Shown here one piece after another: positions 13,531 through 24,891 of a stretch of DNA of 64,000 bases; position 1 is the first letter of the stretch; the number at the start of each line of letters is the position of its first letter. Source of the stretch: Takakia lepidozioides. Taxonomy: Eukaryota; Plantae; Bryophyta. A program made the position numbers and the translations under genes. Under the pieces are notes generated by a model. That model did no database searches and had not been told where the DNA came from. It saw only the letters and a list, made by a program, of their open reading frames with translations. Location: contig CM060731.1 of the NCBI GenBank assembly GCA_030704615.1, forward strand, positions 57,660,001-57,724,000. The letters run 5' to 3'.

Positions 13531-14507
13531 ATCACTTTCTAATACTCTATCGAGTACTATACTGGGAGAATCAAGGTTACAAGCAATATTGGCTGGTTCA
13601 TCATAAAAAACTACACACTATCGAAAGTGGAAATGTACTTACCAAACAAAGCAAAAGGGCCTACTGAGAATTGACCTGCCAAGGGTTAACGGTTAACACC
13701 TCTCTCCCCCATTCCTGCGAGGCTTGGACGACAAAAACACGCTTGTAGTCGCTTCGGAATAGTGATTACTAGCCACGGAGGCCGCTTGTGATTCGTGCTT
13801 ACGACCCAATAATGGAATATGGACCCTTACCCTTACTATGGATTATAGCATATGAACATAAATAATATACCATATCGATTGCCACTGTCCGGCGCCTGGG
13901 AGAGTATATATACGAGCAAGCACCTCCCGACTTACTGGGGGGATTCCGGGGAAAGCAGTCCGTCCTCAGTAATATCTGTGGGCCTTGTCGCGCACAGGGC
14001 CCCCACCGTATATTTAAGTTGGATAACACCCCATCCCCCCCACCTTGCGAGGTGGACTAACGAATTCAAGCGACAGGAAGGACTCGAGGTAATTCATCTT
14101 CTCTCTTCTGGAAAGAGGGGTGGGGCATGATCATCATCTGTCTTTTCTCCCTTCATGCTCCTCTTCCATTCAGGCCGGGCACTGGTCTATAGAGTGTTTA
14201 AAACCTACTTCACAATGGTGGGACAGTACCCTTGACAAGGTGAGCTTTCTTCATGTGCGATGAGAAAGGGAGTTTGACTGAGCTCTGGTATGATCGTATT
14301 GTGTGGAGTGAAGTCAGAATCTCGCTTTGCTCTGCAAAACTGCTTTCACTGTGAGACCGTGGCTGTTCAGTTGCTCCCTTGTCACTTTCACAGATCACTC
14401 CAAAATTTCCAGACTACAGACATAAGTTGGTTTAGCATATGTGTAAGTTTGGACATGTTCGAATGTTCCTCAATGTGTAGAGTCCAGTGAAGCCCAAAGT
14501 GGCTTGC

Positions 14508-14673
14508 ATGAATGTTGTTGAAAGCTCACTAGCCCTCCTCAATAAGGGAACTTGTCAAAACGTTGATGCTGTGAGAATTTTGGGGCAGAAAGGTCTACTG
14601 TGGAGCATGGAGCAGAGCTGGCACGAGTTTTTTTAGAGATCCTTCTCAGTGGTGTGACGAATGCAATTGCAAG
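14508..14673 (+). pseudogene. Candidate upstream exon of the PDF-PPR gene (first half of degenerate PDF motif 1)
   Basis: MNVVES...EQSWHEFF(+1 T)RDPSQWCDECNCK followed by the donor AAG|GTGTGG. A T7 run creates a frameshift and stop. Confidence 0.5.
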
Positions 14674-14835
14674 GTGTGGCTTTCTTAATGTACGATGTGA
14701 AGAAGTTTGTCCATCCTGCAAATGTGGACTCTTTCTGTTAGTTAGTTTGAATCTATGGCTGCTCAGCTGCACCTTCCCTCAACCATGACATTAGAAAACT
14801 CGAGGGTGACTTTGTTCATGGGTACCATGATACAG

Positions 14836-15102
14836 GTTTTTTATGTTTCCTTGACAGACTCAAATGGGAAGGAGGCACTGGTTGACGAGGGTGTTATGGT
14901 CTCTTGGGATCCAATTTGGCGGGAGGTAGGTGAGGCTTTTGAGACAAATCTTATGAAGAGAGCGTCCAGACAGGTTTTCTCGGGCAAGATGTTCCATGTC
15001 TTGGATGGTGACCATCGGTTGCTGGCATGGATGAATTGCATTTCCAGGTTGCATTCACTAGAGAGAGACTGGCACTATGCTGTTGCCTCCATGGTGCTCG
15101 AC
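14836..15102 (+). other. ParB/Srx-like domain fragment inserted in an intron
   Basis: 'GKMFHVLDGDHRLLAW' carries the DGxHR signature of the ParB/sulfiredoxin fold. Confidence 0.4.
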
Positions 15103-15116
15103 GGTTCCCCTCACAG

Positions 15117-15250
15117 ACCAATCCGAGATCACCTGCCTACAGACAGAAGCAGCACACACAAGAGGTGGTTCTGGATTGATGATCGGTTGAATCATCCATG
15201 GGTAGAAGAAAAGCTAGCTGCTTTCATGACACAAGGTCAAGGACAATGTG
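15117..15250 (+). CDS. Exon with second half of degenerate PDF motif 1 (one frameshift)
   Basis: Acceptor TCACAG| then TNPRSPAYRQK(+1)STHKRWFWIDDRLNHPWVEEKL...QGQC, ending at a phase-1 donor G|GTGAGG. Confidence 0.5.
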
Positions 15251-15409
15251 GTGAGGGCACCTTCTTCTTCAACATGTTTCAGCCTGTTTTTCCCTCTTGT
15301 CAGAGTGGTCCCTGATATTTCATGTTGAATTATTCTGCAAGTAAGCTGGTTGTGTGGATCTATGATGGTTTGGAGTGATTTTCACGTGTTACTGCCAATG
15401 TGGCTGCAG

Positions 15410-15504
15410 GAAAGTATCTCAAAACAGCTAACAGATACGAGGAGAAGCTGTGGAATGAACACTTTTCCAACCCCAGTCAATGGTGGGGCAATCGAGGCAA
15501 AAAG
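15410..15504 (+). CDS. 95-bp exon, first half of PDF motif 2
   Basis: CTGCAG| (G)KYLKTANRYEEKLWNEHFSNPSQWWGNRGKK |GTGAAT, phase 1 to 0. Confidence 0.7.
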
Positions 15505-15532
15505 GTGAATGCCTGTTAGATTACAGAGAGAA

Positions 15533-17031
15533 TGTACTCTAAGACGTTGTTTGCCGTAGCCTTGTGGCCATTGACCCCGCGCCCAGTTTGAACGGAACAC
15601 AAAGGGACAGAACCTACCTTTGTCAGGGGCTGACATCGGTAGTAAGACTTACCTTGAAATAAATAATTGATCCAGGTTTTCCAGATATCCTGTAGAAATC
15701 CCTTCACACAAGCATCAATCTGCTGTGTGTGGTTTGCCCAATAATTAGGCCCCAAACGGGCCTGGGCTTTGGTCTCAGCCTCGAGATTTTCAAAGTTGGT
15801 AAACAGAGGTACAGGCACAATTCCCTTGATAGATTTGAGGAGAGCGTCTCTCTGGTGAGAGCAGGTTGCCCACACAACGGGCAATTGCACTCTCCTTTCC
15901 TTTCTGCTTCTGTTTTCTGTTCAAAGGTAGGCTTCCCGCCCTGAGTTTAAATTTCAATCTAGTGCCGAGAGTGGGTAGACCCTTGAGGTCATCCATGATG
16001 TCCTCCCCCATATCACAGACTGGAAACAAGTTCAGGGAAGTTTTCTGCCTAACTTCATTTTCATCAGACAATTTCCTGGCAACAGACATGGCTTTGGACA
16101 CTACAGCCTCTAAGTCAGATTATCCAGCAGGGTCAAGACTTGCGGATTAAGATTCAGATCCTTGAGAATCTCTTCTACTCTCTTCTGCCAGGACTGACCC
16201 CACCATCTGACCTTGAATTCATCTCGTCAGGAGCTTAAGGAAGGGATGCCAAACTCACCCCGAACATTGGCTGTTTTGGAGCATGCTGACATGCACTCCT
16301 TAAGCACCCCCACTTGAATCGATTCTAGAGACTTAGCCTGGTTGGAGTTACCAACCCATATTGCAGATGCGTACTCCAAGGCAGGTCTAATAATGCGACA
16401 AAGCATGGTTCTCTTGACCTCAGAATTGATCCCTCTGCAGTGGAAAAGTCTAGTGAGACCCAGCGCTTTGCACTTGCCAGTTTGAACAACTTTCTGAATA
16501 TGTGCATCCCAATTACAGTTGGAGGAAAACTCAACGCTCAGGTATGTATAGGAAGGGAGGACCGGAATCTCTTGGCTACCCCACTGCCACCTGAGATCAC
16601 TTCCTCCCTCTCCTCGGTCGTTGAATGCCACCACTGCACATTAACTGGCATTAGCCTCTATCCCCCAAAGGTCAAAGTATCTCTTCGCGCAGTCAATCAA
16701 CTCCTGGAGGTTGGGAGGAGTCTCCCCTATGCCTGCGAAGTCATCCAAACAGAAGGGCTGGTATGGTGGCATCAGCCACCCTTAACCCAAATCCCTCACT
16801 CTCCACATCCTCGAGGTGTTGATTGATGAAAACATTGAAGAGCACAGGGGAGAGGGTACATCCTTGAGCTATACCTTGGTCTATGTCGAAGAAGTTGGAC
16901 TTCTGTCCATTAACAGTGACACAACTTTTGGTGTGAGCATACAAGTTATGGACAACTCTCCACATCTTTCCCTTGATCCCACATGACCAGAGTCGGAGCC
17001 ATAGACCGTCTCCCCACACTGTCATAAGCCT
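15533..17031 (-). mobile_element. 5'-truncated LINE (RT C-terminal part) inserted in an intron
   Basis: Non-LTR RT motifs 'GIAQGCTLSPVLFNVFI', 'YTYLSV' and 'IRPALEYASAIW'. 12-bp TSD TTACAGAGAGAA at 15521-15532 and 17032-17043. Confidence 0.9.
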
Positions 17032-17284
17032 TTACAGAGAGAAGCAGACAACAAGATGCAATGCCAAGCTTTGCTGGAAATTGTCAGCCTCTCTCCCCGG
17101 CACATTTTCTAGGTCTTGGGGAGCAATTCAGCTTAGGAATTAGTGTGTGATGAGCAGGGTTGGGGTGTTTGCTAGAAAAGATTTAGGCTGTCATTGTCAG
17201 CTGCTAGCAGCAAGGGGCCTCATCTATGCATATTGGTGCCGAGGCATGGATAGCTGAAGGAGCCGGGATGGAGTGTGGGTCCAG

Positions 17285-17429
17285 ATTCACCTAAGCAGAC
17301 CGGATTTCAAGCACAAAATTACCTATGATCCCCTGTGGATCTATAGCTACAAGAAACTTGCATGGATAGATGGTCAACTGGTGGCGGCAGTGGCAGACCA
17401 ACTGATAAAACCAGGCGCCGCTAATGAAG
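17285..17429 (+). CDS. Exon with second half of PDF motif 2
   Basis: GTCCAG| IHLSRPDFKHKITYDPLWIYSYKKLAWIDGQL... The donor is uncertain: candidate phase-1 GC donors at 17415 or 17430. Confidence 0.6.
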
Positions 17430-17576
17430 GCACCTTCTTCAACACATTTCAGCCTGTTTTGACCTCTTATCAGAGTCGTCCCTAATAGTTCGTGTTGAAT
17501 TCTGCAAGTTAGCTCGTTGGGTGGATCTACGGAGGTTTGGAGTGATGTTGACATGTTACTGCCAATGTGGCAACAG

Positions 17577-17671
17577 GAAAGTATCCAAAAACAGATAACA
17601 GAGATGAGGAGAAGCTTTGGAATGAATATATTTCCGACACCAATCAATGGTGGGACAATCGAGGCAAAAAG
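17577..17671 (+). CDS. 95-bp exon, first half of PDF motif 3
   Basis: CAACAG| (G)KYPKTDNRDEEKLWNEYISDTNQWWDNRGKK |GTGAAT. It splices in frame to 17867. Confidence 0.8.
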
Positions 17672-17866
17672 GTGAATGCCTGTTAAATTGCAGAGAGAAG
17701 CTGACGCGTATTCAGAGTAGGAACTAGTGTGATAGGTAGAGTTGGGGTGTTTGCCAGAAGAAATGTAGGCTGCCATTGTCAGCTGCTAGCAGCAAGGTGA
17801 GGATATATGCATGATTTGTGCAGAGGCAGGGATAGCTGAAGGAGCAGGGATAGAGTGTGGGTCCAG

Positions 17867-20800
17867 ATTTGTGCAAGAGGGCCGGATTTCAAGCACAGGA
17901 TTACCCTGTGGATCGATAGCTACAAGAAACCTGCATGGGTAGGTGGTCAACTGGAAGCAGCAGCGGCGGCGGCACAGTTCATAAAATCTGCCAACTCAAC
18001 CATGACCACAGCTTCCGAAAGAGGACCAAGAGAAGGAGTCCACTATGGCAGTTCTGGCACTTCTGGGCATGTGAGGATGCTCTGTGAGGCAGGGCGACTG
18101 AAAGAGGCTCTGCAGACTTTAAACCAAGGTGGCATTTCAGCAGATTCAGATACTTATGTCTGTCTCTTGCATAAGTGCATCAAGATGAAAGGCCTGGAAG
18201 CTGGAAAGCAGGTGCATGCTCACATTATCCAAAGTGGATTCAAGCCAAACATTTTTCTACACAACACCCTTGTCAACATGTATGTGAAGTGCCGAAGCAT
18301 TGTGGATGCTCACCGAGTGTTCATCAGAATGCCTCAACGAACTTTGATCACGTGGAATATAATGCTGGCAGGATTTACCAAGCATGGGTGTGGTAGGAAT
18401 GCTTTGGAGACATATGAACAAATGATTCGGGAAGGGGTGAAGCCCGACCGCATCACGTTTGTTTCTATTTGCAATGCGTGTGCGAGCCTGGCAGCCCTGG
18501 AAAAGGGCAAAGAGGTCCATGGTGACATCATCAAAGCTGGAATTGTACCAGATGTCATTCTCAACAATACCCTTGTGGACATGTATTCCAAATGTGGGTG
18601 CTTCGAGGACGCAAAGGGAGTTTTCAACAATATGGCTAATCGAGATGTGGTGTCATGGAATGCAATGATCGCAGGATATGCACAGCAGGGGCATGGGATG
18701 GAGGCTTTGGAGACCTACGAGCAAATGGTGCAGGAAGGGGTGAAGCCCGACCACATCACATTTGTTTGCGTTTGCAATGCGTGTGCGAGCCTGGCAGCCC
18801 TGGAAAAGGGCAAAGAGGTCCATGGTGACATCATCAAAGCTGGAATTGTACCAGATGTCATTCTGGACAATACCCTGGTGGACATGTATGCCAAATGCGG
18901 GTGCATCGAGGATGCAAAGGGGGTGTTCGACAATATGGCTGAACGAAATGTGGTGTCTTGGAGCGCCATGATCGCAGGATATGCACAGCAGGGGTGCGCG
19001 ATGGAGGCTTTGGAGACCTATGAGCAAATGGTGCGGGAAGGGGTGAAGCCCAACCACATCACGTTTGTTTCTGTTTGCAATGCGTGTGCGAGCCTGGCAG
19101 CCCTGGAAAAGGGCAAAGAGGTCCATGGTGACATTGTCAAAGCTGGAATTGTGCCAGATGTGATTCTGAACACTACCCTGGTGGACATGTATGCCAAATG
19201 TGGCTGCATCGAGGATGCAAAGGGAGTGTTTGACAATATGGCTGAACGAAATGTGGTGTCGTGGAGCGCCATGATCGCGGGATATGCACAGCAGGGGTAC
19301 GGGAAGGAGGCTTTGGAGACCTATGAGCAAATGGTGCGGGAAGGGGTGAAGCCGGACCACATCACATTTGTTTGTGTTTGCAATGCGTGTGCAAGCCTGG
19401 CAGACTTGGAAAAGGGCAAAGAGGTGCGTGGTGACATTGTTGAAGCTGGAATTGTACCAGATGTCATTCTCAACAATACCCTTGTAGACATGTATGCCAA
19501 ATGTGGGTGCATCAAGGACGCAAAGGGAGTGTTTGACAATATGGCTGAACGCAATGTGGTATCGTGGAGCACATTGATCGCAGGATATGCACAGCAGGGG
19601 CGCGGGATGGAGGCTTTGGAGACCTATGAGCAAATGGTGCGGGAAGGGGTGAAGCCCGACCACATCACGTTTGTTTGCGTTTGCAATGCGTGTGCGAGCC
19701 TGGCAGCTCTGGAAAAGGGCAAAGAGGTCCATGGTGACATCATCAAAGCTGGAATTGTATCAAATGTCATTCTGAACAATACCCTTGTGGACATGTATGT
19801 CAAATGTGGGTGCATCGGGGATGCAAGGGGAGTGTTCGACGATATGGCTAAACGAGATGTGGTGTCGTGGAGCACGATGATCGCAGGATATGCACAACAG
19901 CAGCGCGGGATAGAGGCTTTGGAGACCTATGAGCAAATGATGCGGGACGGGGTGAAGCCCGACCACATCACGTTTGTTTGCATTTGCAATGCATGTGCAA
20001 GCCTGGCAGCCCTGGAAAAGGGCAAAGAGGTCCATGGTGATATCGTCAAAGCTGGAATTGTACCAGATGTCATTTTAAACAGTACCCTTGTGGACATGTA
20101 TGCTAAATGTGGGTGCATCGAAGTTGCAAAGGGAGTGTTTGACAATATGGCTGAACGCAATGTGGTGTCGTGGAGCGCGATGATCGCAGGATATGCCCAG
20201 CATGGTTGTCATAGGGAGGCTCTGCAACTGTTTGAAGGAATGCAAAAGGAAGGCTTGAAGCCGGACAGTATCGCCTTTACATGTGTTCTCTCTGCATGCA
20301 GCCACACTGGCCTTCTGGATGAAGGAAGACGCTACTTTGATTCCCTGAGTCAAGATCATGGTGTCACTCTGACAGGAAAGCACCTGGGCTGCATGGTGGA
20401 CCTTCTTGGACGTGCTGGGCAATTGGATGAGGCAGAGGACCTCATCAATAAAATGTTAATCAAACCAGATGTTGTGGTGTGGAAGGCTTTGCTTGGTGCC
20501 TGCAGAATCCACGGCAATGTGGAGATGGCTGAACGCGCAGCAACAGCTATTCTCAAGTGGGATGACCAGGATGCCGCAACTTATGTGTTGCTATCAAACA
20601 TCTATGCCGCAGCTGGCATGTGGGACGACAGTGCAAAGATGAGGAAAGTGATGAAGGTCAGAGGGGTTAGAAAGGAGGCAGGTCACTGCTGCATTGAGGT
20701 TGGCAACAGGGTGCACACCTTTGTTGTAGATGACAATTTGCATCCCGAAATTAAGGAAATCCATGCTGAGCTGGGAAGATTGTCTGGGCAGATGAAGGAG

Positions 20801-21085
20801 GCAGGGTATATGCCTGACACGGGCTTTGTATTGCATGATCTGGGGGAGGAGCAAAAGGAATTCTCTCTTTGCCACCACAGTGAGAAGCTGGCCATTGGTT
20901 TTGGGCTGATCAGCACGGCCCCTAGGACCCCTCTCCGTCTCATCAAGAATCTTCGGGTGTGTGGTGACTGCCACACTTCCACCAAGTTCATCTCAAAGAT
21001 TGTTGGCCGAGCAATTGTTGTACGGGATGCTAACCGCTTTCACCACTTTGAAGATGGGGTTTGTTCTTGTGGGGATTACTGGTGA
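17867..21085 (+). CDS. PLS-class pentatricopeptide repeat protein with E1-E2-DYW deaminase domain (terminal exon; begins with second half of PDF motif 3)
   Basis: Open frame of about 1070 codons: L-S, six P-L-S triplets of 101 aa, P2-L2-S2, E1/E2, then DYW with HSEKLA, CGDCH and CSCGDYW. Acceptor GTCCAG| at 17866. Confidence 0.97.
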   Translation: MCARGPDFKHRITLWIDSYKKPAWVGGQLEAAAAAAQFIKSANSTMTTASERGPREGVHYGSSGTSGHVRMLCEAGRLKEALQTLNQGGISADSDTYVCLLHKCIKMKGLEAGKQVHAHIIQSGFKPNIFLHNTLVNMYVKCRSIVDAHRVFIRMPQRTLITWNIMLAGFTKHGCGRNALETYEQMIREGVKPDRITFVSICNACASLAALEKGKEVHGDIIKAGIVPDVILNNTLVDMYSKCGCFEDAKGVFNNMANRDVVSWNAMIAGYAQQGHGMEALETYEQMVQEGVKPDHITFVCVCNACASLAALEKGKEVHGDIIKAGIVPDVILDNTLVDMYAKCGCIEDAKGVFDNMAERNVVSWSAMIAGYAQQGCAMEALETYEQMVREGVKPNHITFVSVCNACASLAALEKGKEVHGDIVKAGIVPDVILNTTLVDMYAKCGCIEDAKGVFDNMAERNVVSWSAMIAGYAQQGYGKEALETYEQMVREGVKPDHITFVCVCNACASLADLEKGKEVRGDIVEAGIVPDVILNNTLVDMYAKCGCIKDAKGVFDNMAERNVVSWSTLIAGYAQQGRGMEALETYEQMVREGVKPDHITFVCVCNACASLAALEKGKEVHGDIIKAGIVSNVILNNTLVDMYVKCGCIGDARGVFDDMAKRDVVSWSTMIAGYAQQQRGIEALETYEQMMRDGVKPDHITFVCICNACASLAALEKGKEVHGDIVKAGIVPDVILNSTLVDMYAKCGCIEVAKGVFDNMAERNVVSWSAMIAGYAQHGCHREALQLFEGMQKEGLKPDSIAFTCVLSACSHTGLLDEGRRYFDSLSQDHGVTLTGKHLGCMVDLLGRAGQLDEAEDLINKMLIKPDVVVWKALLGACRIHGNVEMAERAATAILKWDDQDAATYVLLSNIYAAAGMWDDSAKMRKVMKVRGVRKEAGHCCIEVGNRVHTFVVDDNLHPEIKEIHAELGRLSGQMKEAGYMPDTGFVLHDLGEEQKEFSLCHHSEKLAIGFGLISTAPRTPLRLIKNLRVCGDCHTSTKFISKIVGRAIVVRDANRFHHFEDGVCSCGDYW
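18340..20200 (+). repeat. 303-bp near-identical tandem coding repeats (P-L-S triplets)
   Basis: The period of 303 bp is visible in the DNA and in the repeating antisense ORFs. Confidence 0.95.
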
Positions 21086-22515
21086 AACGATGTTTTTCTT
21101 GAAAGGTGCAAGTTTCATGCTTCATCCATTGATCTGTATAGCTACGCAGGTCATCCACCATTTCCTGAGAATATTGACGATGATGTACTGTTGATGGCAT
21201 TTCCTGTGGCATATCCACGGGAATAATAGTGGGGTCTAAGTGCAATAAGTCGTCAATTGCCACAAGGGGTGATGGGAGTGGGTGGGTAGCATACCATGCG
21301 CAGCAGGGGTGTGGAAGTCGGTTTGTGTGGGGAGCCTTCTATTGGTGCAGCTGTGTGTGGGTCGGAGGGCCAGTGGACAGCAGAGTGGGGAAGGTTGGGG
21401 AATTTGCCGGTCTGCTGTGCCTGCCACCTTCATTCAGCCCAGTGCCATGACCGTCTCGGGCAGAGGATGTGGGTTGCGGAGGGGTTGAACATGAGTCTCC
21501 ATTGTTGCACCTTCAGGCTCGCTCTCCTCTGGGGTGTCCGCACTCTAGGAACTCCCCTAGAAATCCACCACCGTTCCAACCCTTGTACCTCACTCTCTTG
21601 AAGGATGAGCCACATTTCAGTGGTTCAAAGAAGAGGCTTGCAGTGAGCTTCATTGCATCAGCTGAGATGTATGGTCTTCTGTGTCACCCTCTGTCATTCT
21701 TTTGTATCAGATTTCTTTCAGTATTTCCTCTGTTCATTTCCATGTGAGTAACAATCTTCTGGTCACCACTTCTGAATTCTCTACTTCAATGTGAGAAATA
21801 AAAAGTCTGGGCTGCGAATCAGAAATTGTCTCAATTTTTACCTTCTATCTTACTCTCCTTGTCCCATAAGCTCTTGGAACTTTATGCTCTTTTGTGTCAC
21901 ACCCCCCGTCTTTCTTTTGCATCAGATTTCCTTAAATATTTCCTCTGTTCATTTCCAATAGATGCCTTTTGGTCACCACTTCTGAACTCTCTACTTCAAT
22001 GTGGGAAACATTGTCTTTGTCCATATATAGAGATTCACACCCATTGACTTTCAGAAGGAAAGTCTGGGCAAGGAACCAGAAAGCCTCACCAGCTTTTGCC
22101 ACAACTAAGCCCTAAACCCCTAGGTTACTCTTGGCTGAAATTTGCAGCAGGAATCAGTGGTAAGCCCCTTTTGGACCACATTTGCAAGTAGCAATGCTGG
22201 CGTGTGGCGGGGGTGGGGGCAGCCTTCTCCCCTATCACAGCTGAGATGGAGCCAGTCGCACTTGGAAGGAAGAATGAGTATCTCTATGATGCTCGAGTAG
22301 TGTGTACTGTTACTGGTATGCTCCACCGGCAAGTTTTGTTGGCTGTTGAAAATCCCATGGAGAGCAATGCTTGAATGAGGTGAGATTCCCTTGTTTTCTG
22401 GTATGGGTTAGAAAAGTTGGGGTGAGAACCAGCAACTCTGATTTACTTCTGGATGTTGATCTGCAAGTAAGAAACGCAGGACATTAAATGCAAGAGCACA
22501 TGTGTGGAAATTTAG

Positions 22516-23271
22516 TGCAATGTAGGTACAATGAGTTCTTGAAAGGGAAACAGTGGGGCTTGGGGCCGGATAGGCAGGAAATGCTGATGCGGACTGCCTC
22601 CAGATCGAAGAATACTCGCAAGTGGGCGGCAGCCTTGCGAGAGGGCCTTCGGGACACGCCATTACTTCGAAGAGTCCAACACTTGGAAGGAGAAGTTCAC
22701 ACCCATCCAGTGAGACGAAGACTTGATGAGGCACTTGGCGGAGAGGAGGATTCATGGCGAGCTGACAAGAATATTCGCACGTTCCCTCGTGGTCCCGTGA
22801 TGTTGCCCGAGGAGGTCTCGTCGAGCACCGCAAGTCCTGCACGTTCAAGATCGTCATCTCCTTTGAGCACAGGGCACGTGCCCGAGGAACATAACGAGCC
22901 ATCTGTAGTAACGCAGTACAACATACCCATTGTGGAGACAAGAGTGTCGGAGTCACAGTGGAGAATTGCAAGAACATTGCCGGCATTCGAGGGAAGTGCT
23001 GCGCCATCCAGGTGGATATGAGAGCATGCTGTGGTGAGATGATTCGGAGGAACCCACACGGTGCTGTACCTGCACCTTATTTCAGTGGCAGATTTTTGAC
23101 TCCCACATTTGCTCACGCCACAACACAGACGTTTTGGTTCTGTAGGCACGACATAATGACCTGCGTATTTGGCAAGCCCAAGTACAGGATTCAGGGAATG
23201 CCGGAGCTTCCGGGCGTCTGGCCTGTTGCACCGGGTTGCAACCTTTCTCAGAATGAGGCGGATGCTCTTTC
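22516..23271 (+). mobile_element. Internal fragment of the same MULE-like element as about 1772-2525
   Basis: High nucleotide similarity to 1772-2525 (QCRYNEFLKGKQWGLGPDRQE...). Confidence 0.85.
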
Positions 23272-24891
23272 CTGGTTGATGTTCTGGTTGGGGTTGGTTT
23301 TGGACAAGGTCTCTCACACTCTGGAAACCCTTCACATTACAAATGTTAGCCATTTCAAGTCCATATGTTTAATGTCATGGTCAGGTGGAAGTGCAAGCTG
23401 ATTCTAGACCCAAAAATAGTGGCAAGTTTGTGGGAGAGGGGGTCAATCCTTTTGATGATGAACTGGAGTCAGCCATTCTGGAAGATGCAGATTTTTTTGA
23501 ACCGGCTGTGCAAGGAGCTGAAGAGGGGGCTGCAGTTGAAGACCTGCTAGAAGATGACGACTTCCAGGACCACTCTTTTGGTGTGGGCAACTGGAAAGAA
23601 GACACAGAAGGGGAAGAAGTAGGAGTGGGACTGTACACTACAGAGGGAGACTTAAAAGGATGGTGCAATGTTGAAGGTTGAGTGGAGTACATGTGGCAAG
23701 AGTCAGATGCAATCGACGAGGGGTTGGGAGGGAGGCTTCAATGGATTCTCAGGAGGGAGTATTGAGAAAGAGGGACCAGATGAACACTGGTTCAAGCAGA
23801 GTGCTACCACCAATGGAACCACGACAGCCATACAAGATGCTGGCGGGGGAATTGCCACATGGAGAGGGGTAGGTAGCAGCAAGTTCGCTGTGGTTGGTCC
23901 AGCTGGTGAAGCTTCTTTGGAGAAAGGGGATGTTGGTGATTGGAATGATGTCGTGGAGGGGGATGACATGGCGATGGAACTGGGTCTTGCGTTTTTCGAG
24001 GCTGGGTTTAATGTATTCTGGCTCATTTGAGTCTGCCATCATTGTATGAAAGTCAGAAGACTTTTAAGAGTATTATAGTGATGAATGAGGTTAGATGGAA
24101 CTAGAAGAACTTATTGTGCTTATGGGGATTCCGTGAGACCCTAATGATGACCAGTCACAGTGTGGGCTGGTTTGCTGGCAGATTTGTCTTTACAGACTCA
24201 GGAAGCCCATTCGCACCCACTTTTGATGAGGTACACATGGATGTGGCAGTTTTACTTAGACACAGGTTGCAGTTCCTCCACAGTGGCTTGCCTTTCTTAA
24301 GGTACCTTTGGGTGCAATTAGATATAAATGGCTTGCACATACCTGATTCTGCTGAGCGCGGTGAGTGGATTGGGCTACACATGCCGTGGGCTGGTGTTAG
24401 CAATCTGATTGCACTTGATGCAAGGAATGGTCGTATGTACTTCTTGTCCAATTGATCACATGGGATTTGAGTGCAGACTTTTCTCACTGTTCGGGCCTTC
24501 TGCATAGAACTGCAGACCAGATCAGTGACCATTTACGGCCCATCAACGAGCCTCTCCCCAAGTGTGGGCAATCTGGAAGCAGTCCTTGCAAACGGCTTTT
24601 TATGATAGGTCCCGATGTATGAAGTAACAAAACTGGACAGACGGTTGCAACGTTGCCAGTACGAGGTTCTCTTGACGAGTTGTAATGTTGTAATGTACAA
24701 TTCTTGAAACCCAGCTGAAAGAACAGCACAAGTTCCTAGTTCTCTTAGCATGACGCCTAAGTTCAGTGGGACCTGAAATCATTGCTTTTAACATGACACT
24801 TTGAGAAGTGTAATGAATTCTACTAATGACTTCTACCAATGTGGAATGCTTTGTTGGAAACCAATGTAATCCTCAACTACATTAGACCGCA

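Noticed and set aside
17855-17866. GTG start assigned by the ORF track
   Set aside because: It lies in the intron just before the CAG acceptor. This is a spliced eukaryotic gene.
18257-20991. Numerous antisense and alternative-frame ORFs over the PPR gene
   Set aside because: Shadows of the 303-bp repeat, with no independent motifs.
21240-24060. Short ORFs between the PPR and GRX genes (other than the MULE fragment)
   Set aside because: No recognisable domains; probably decayed TE sequence.
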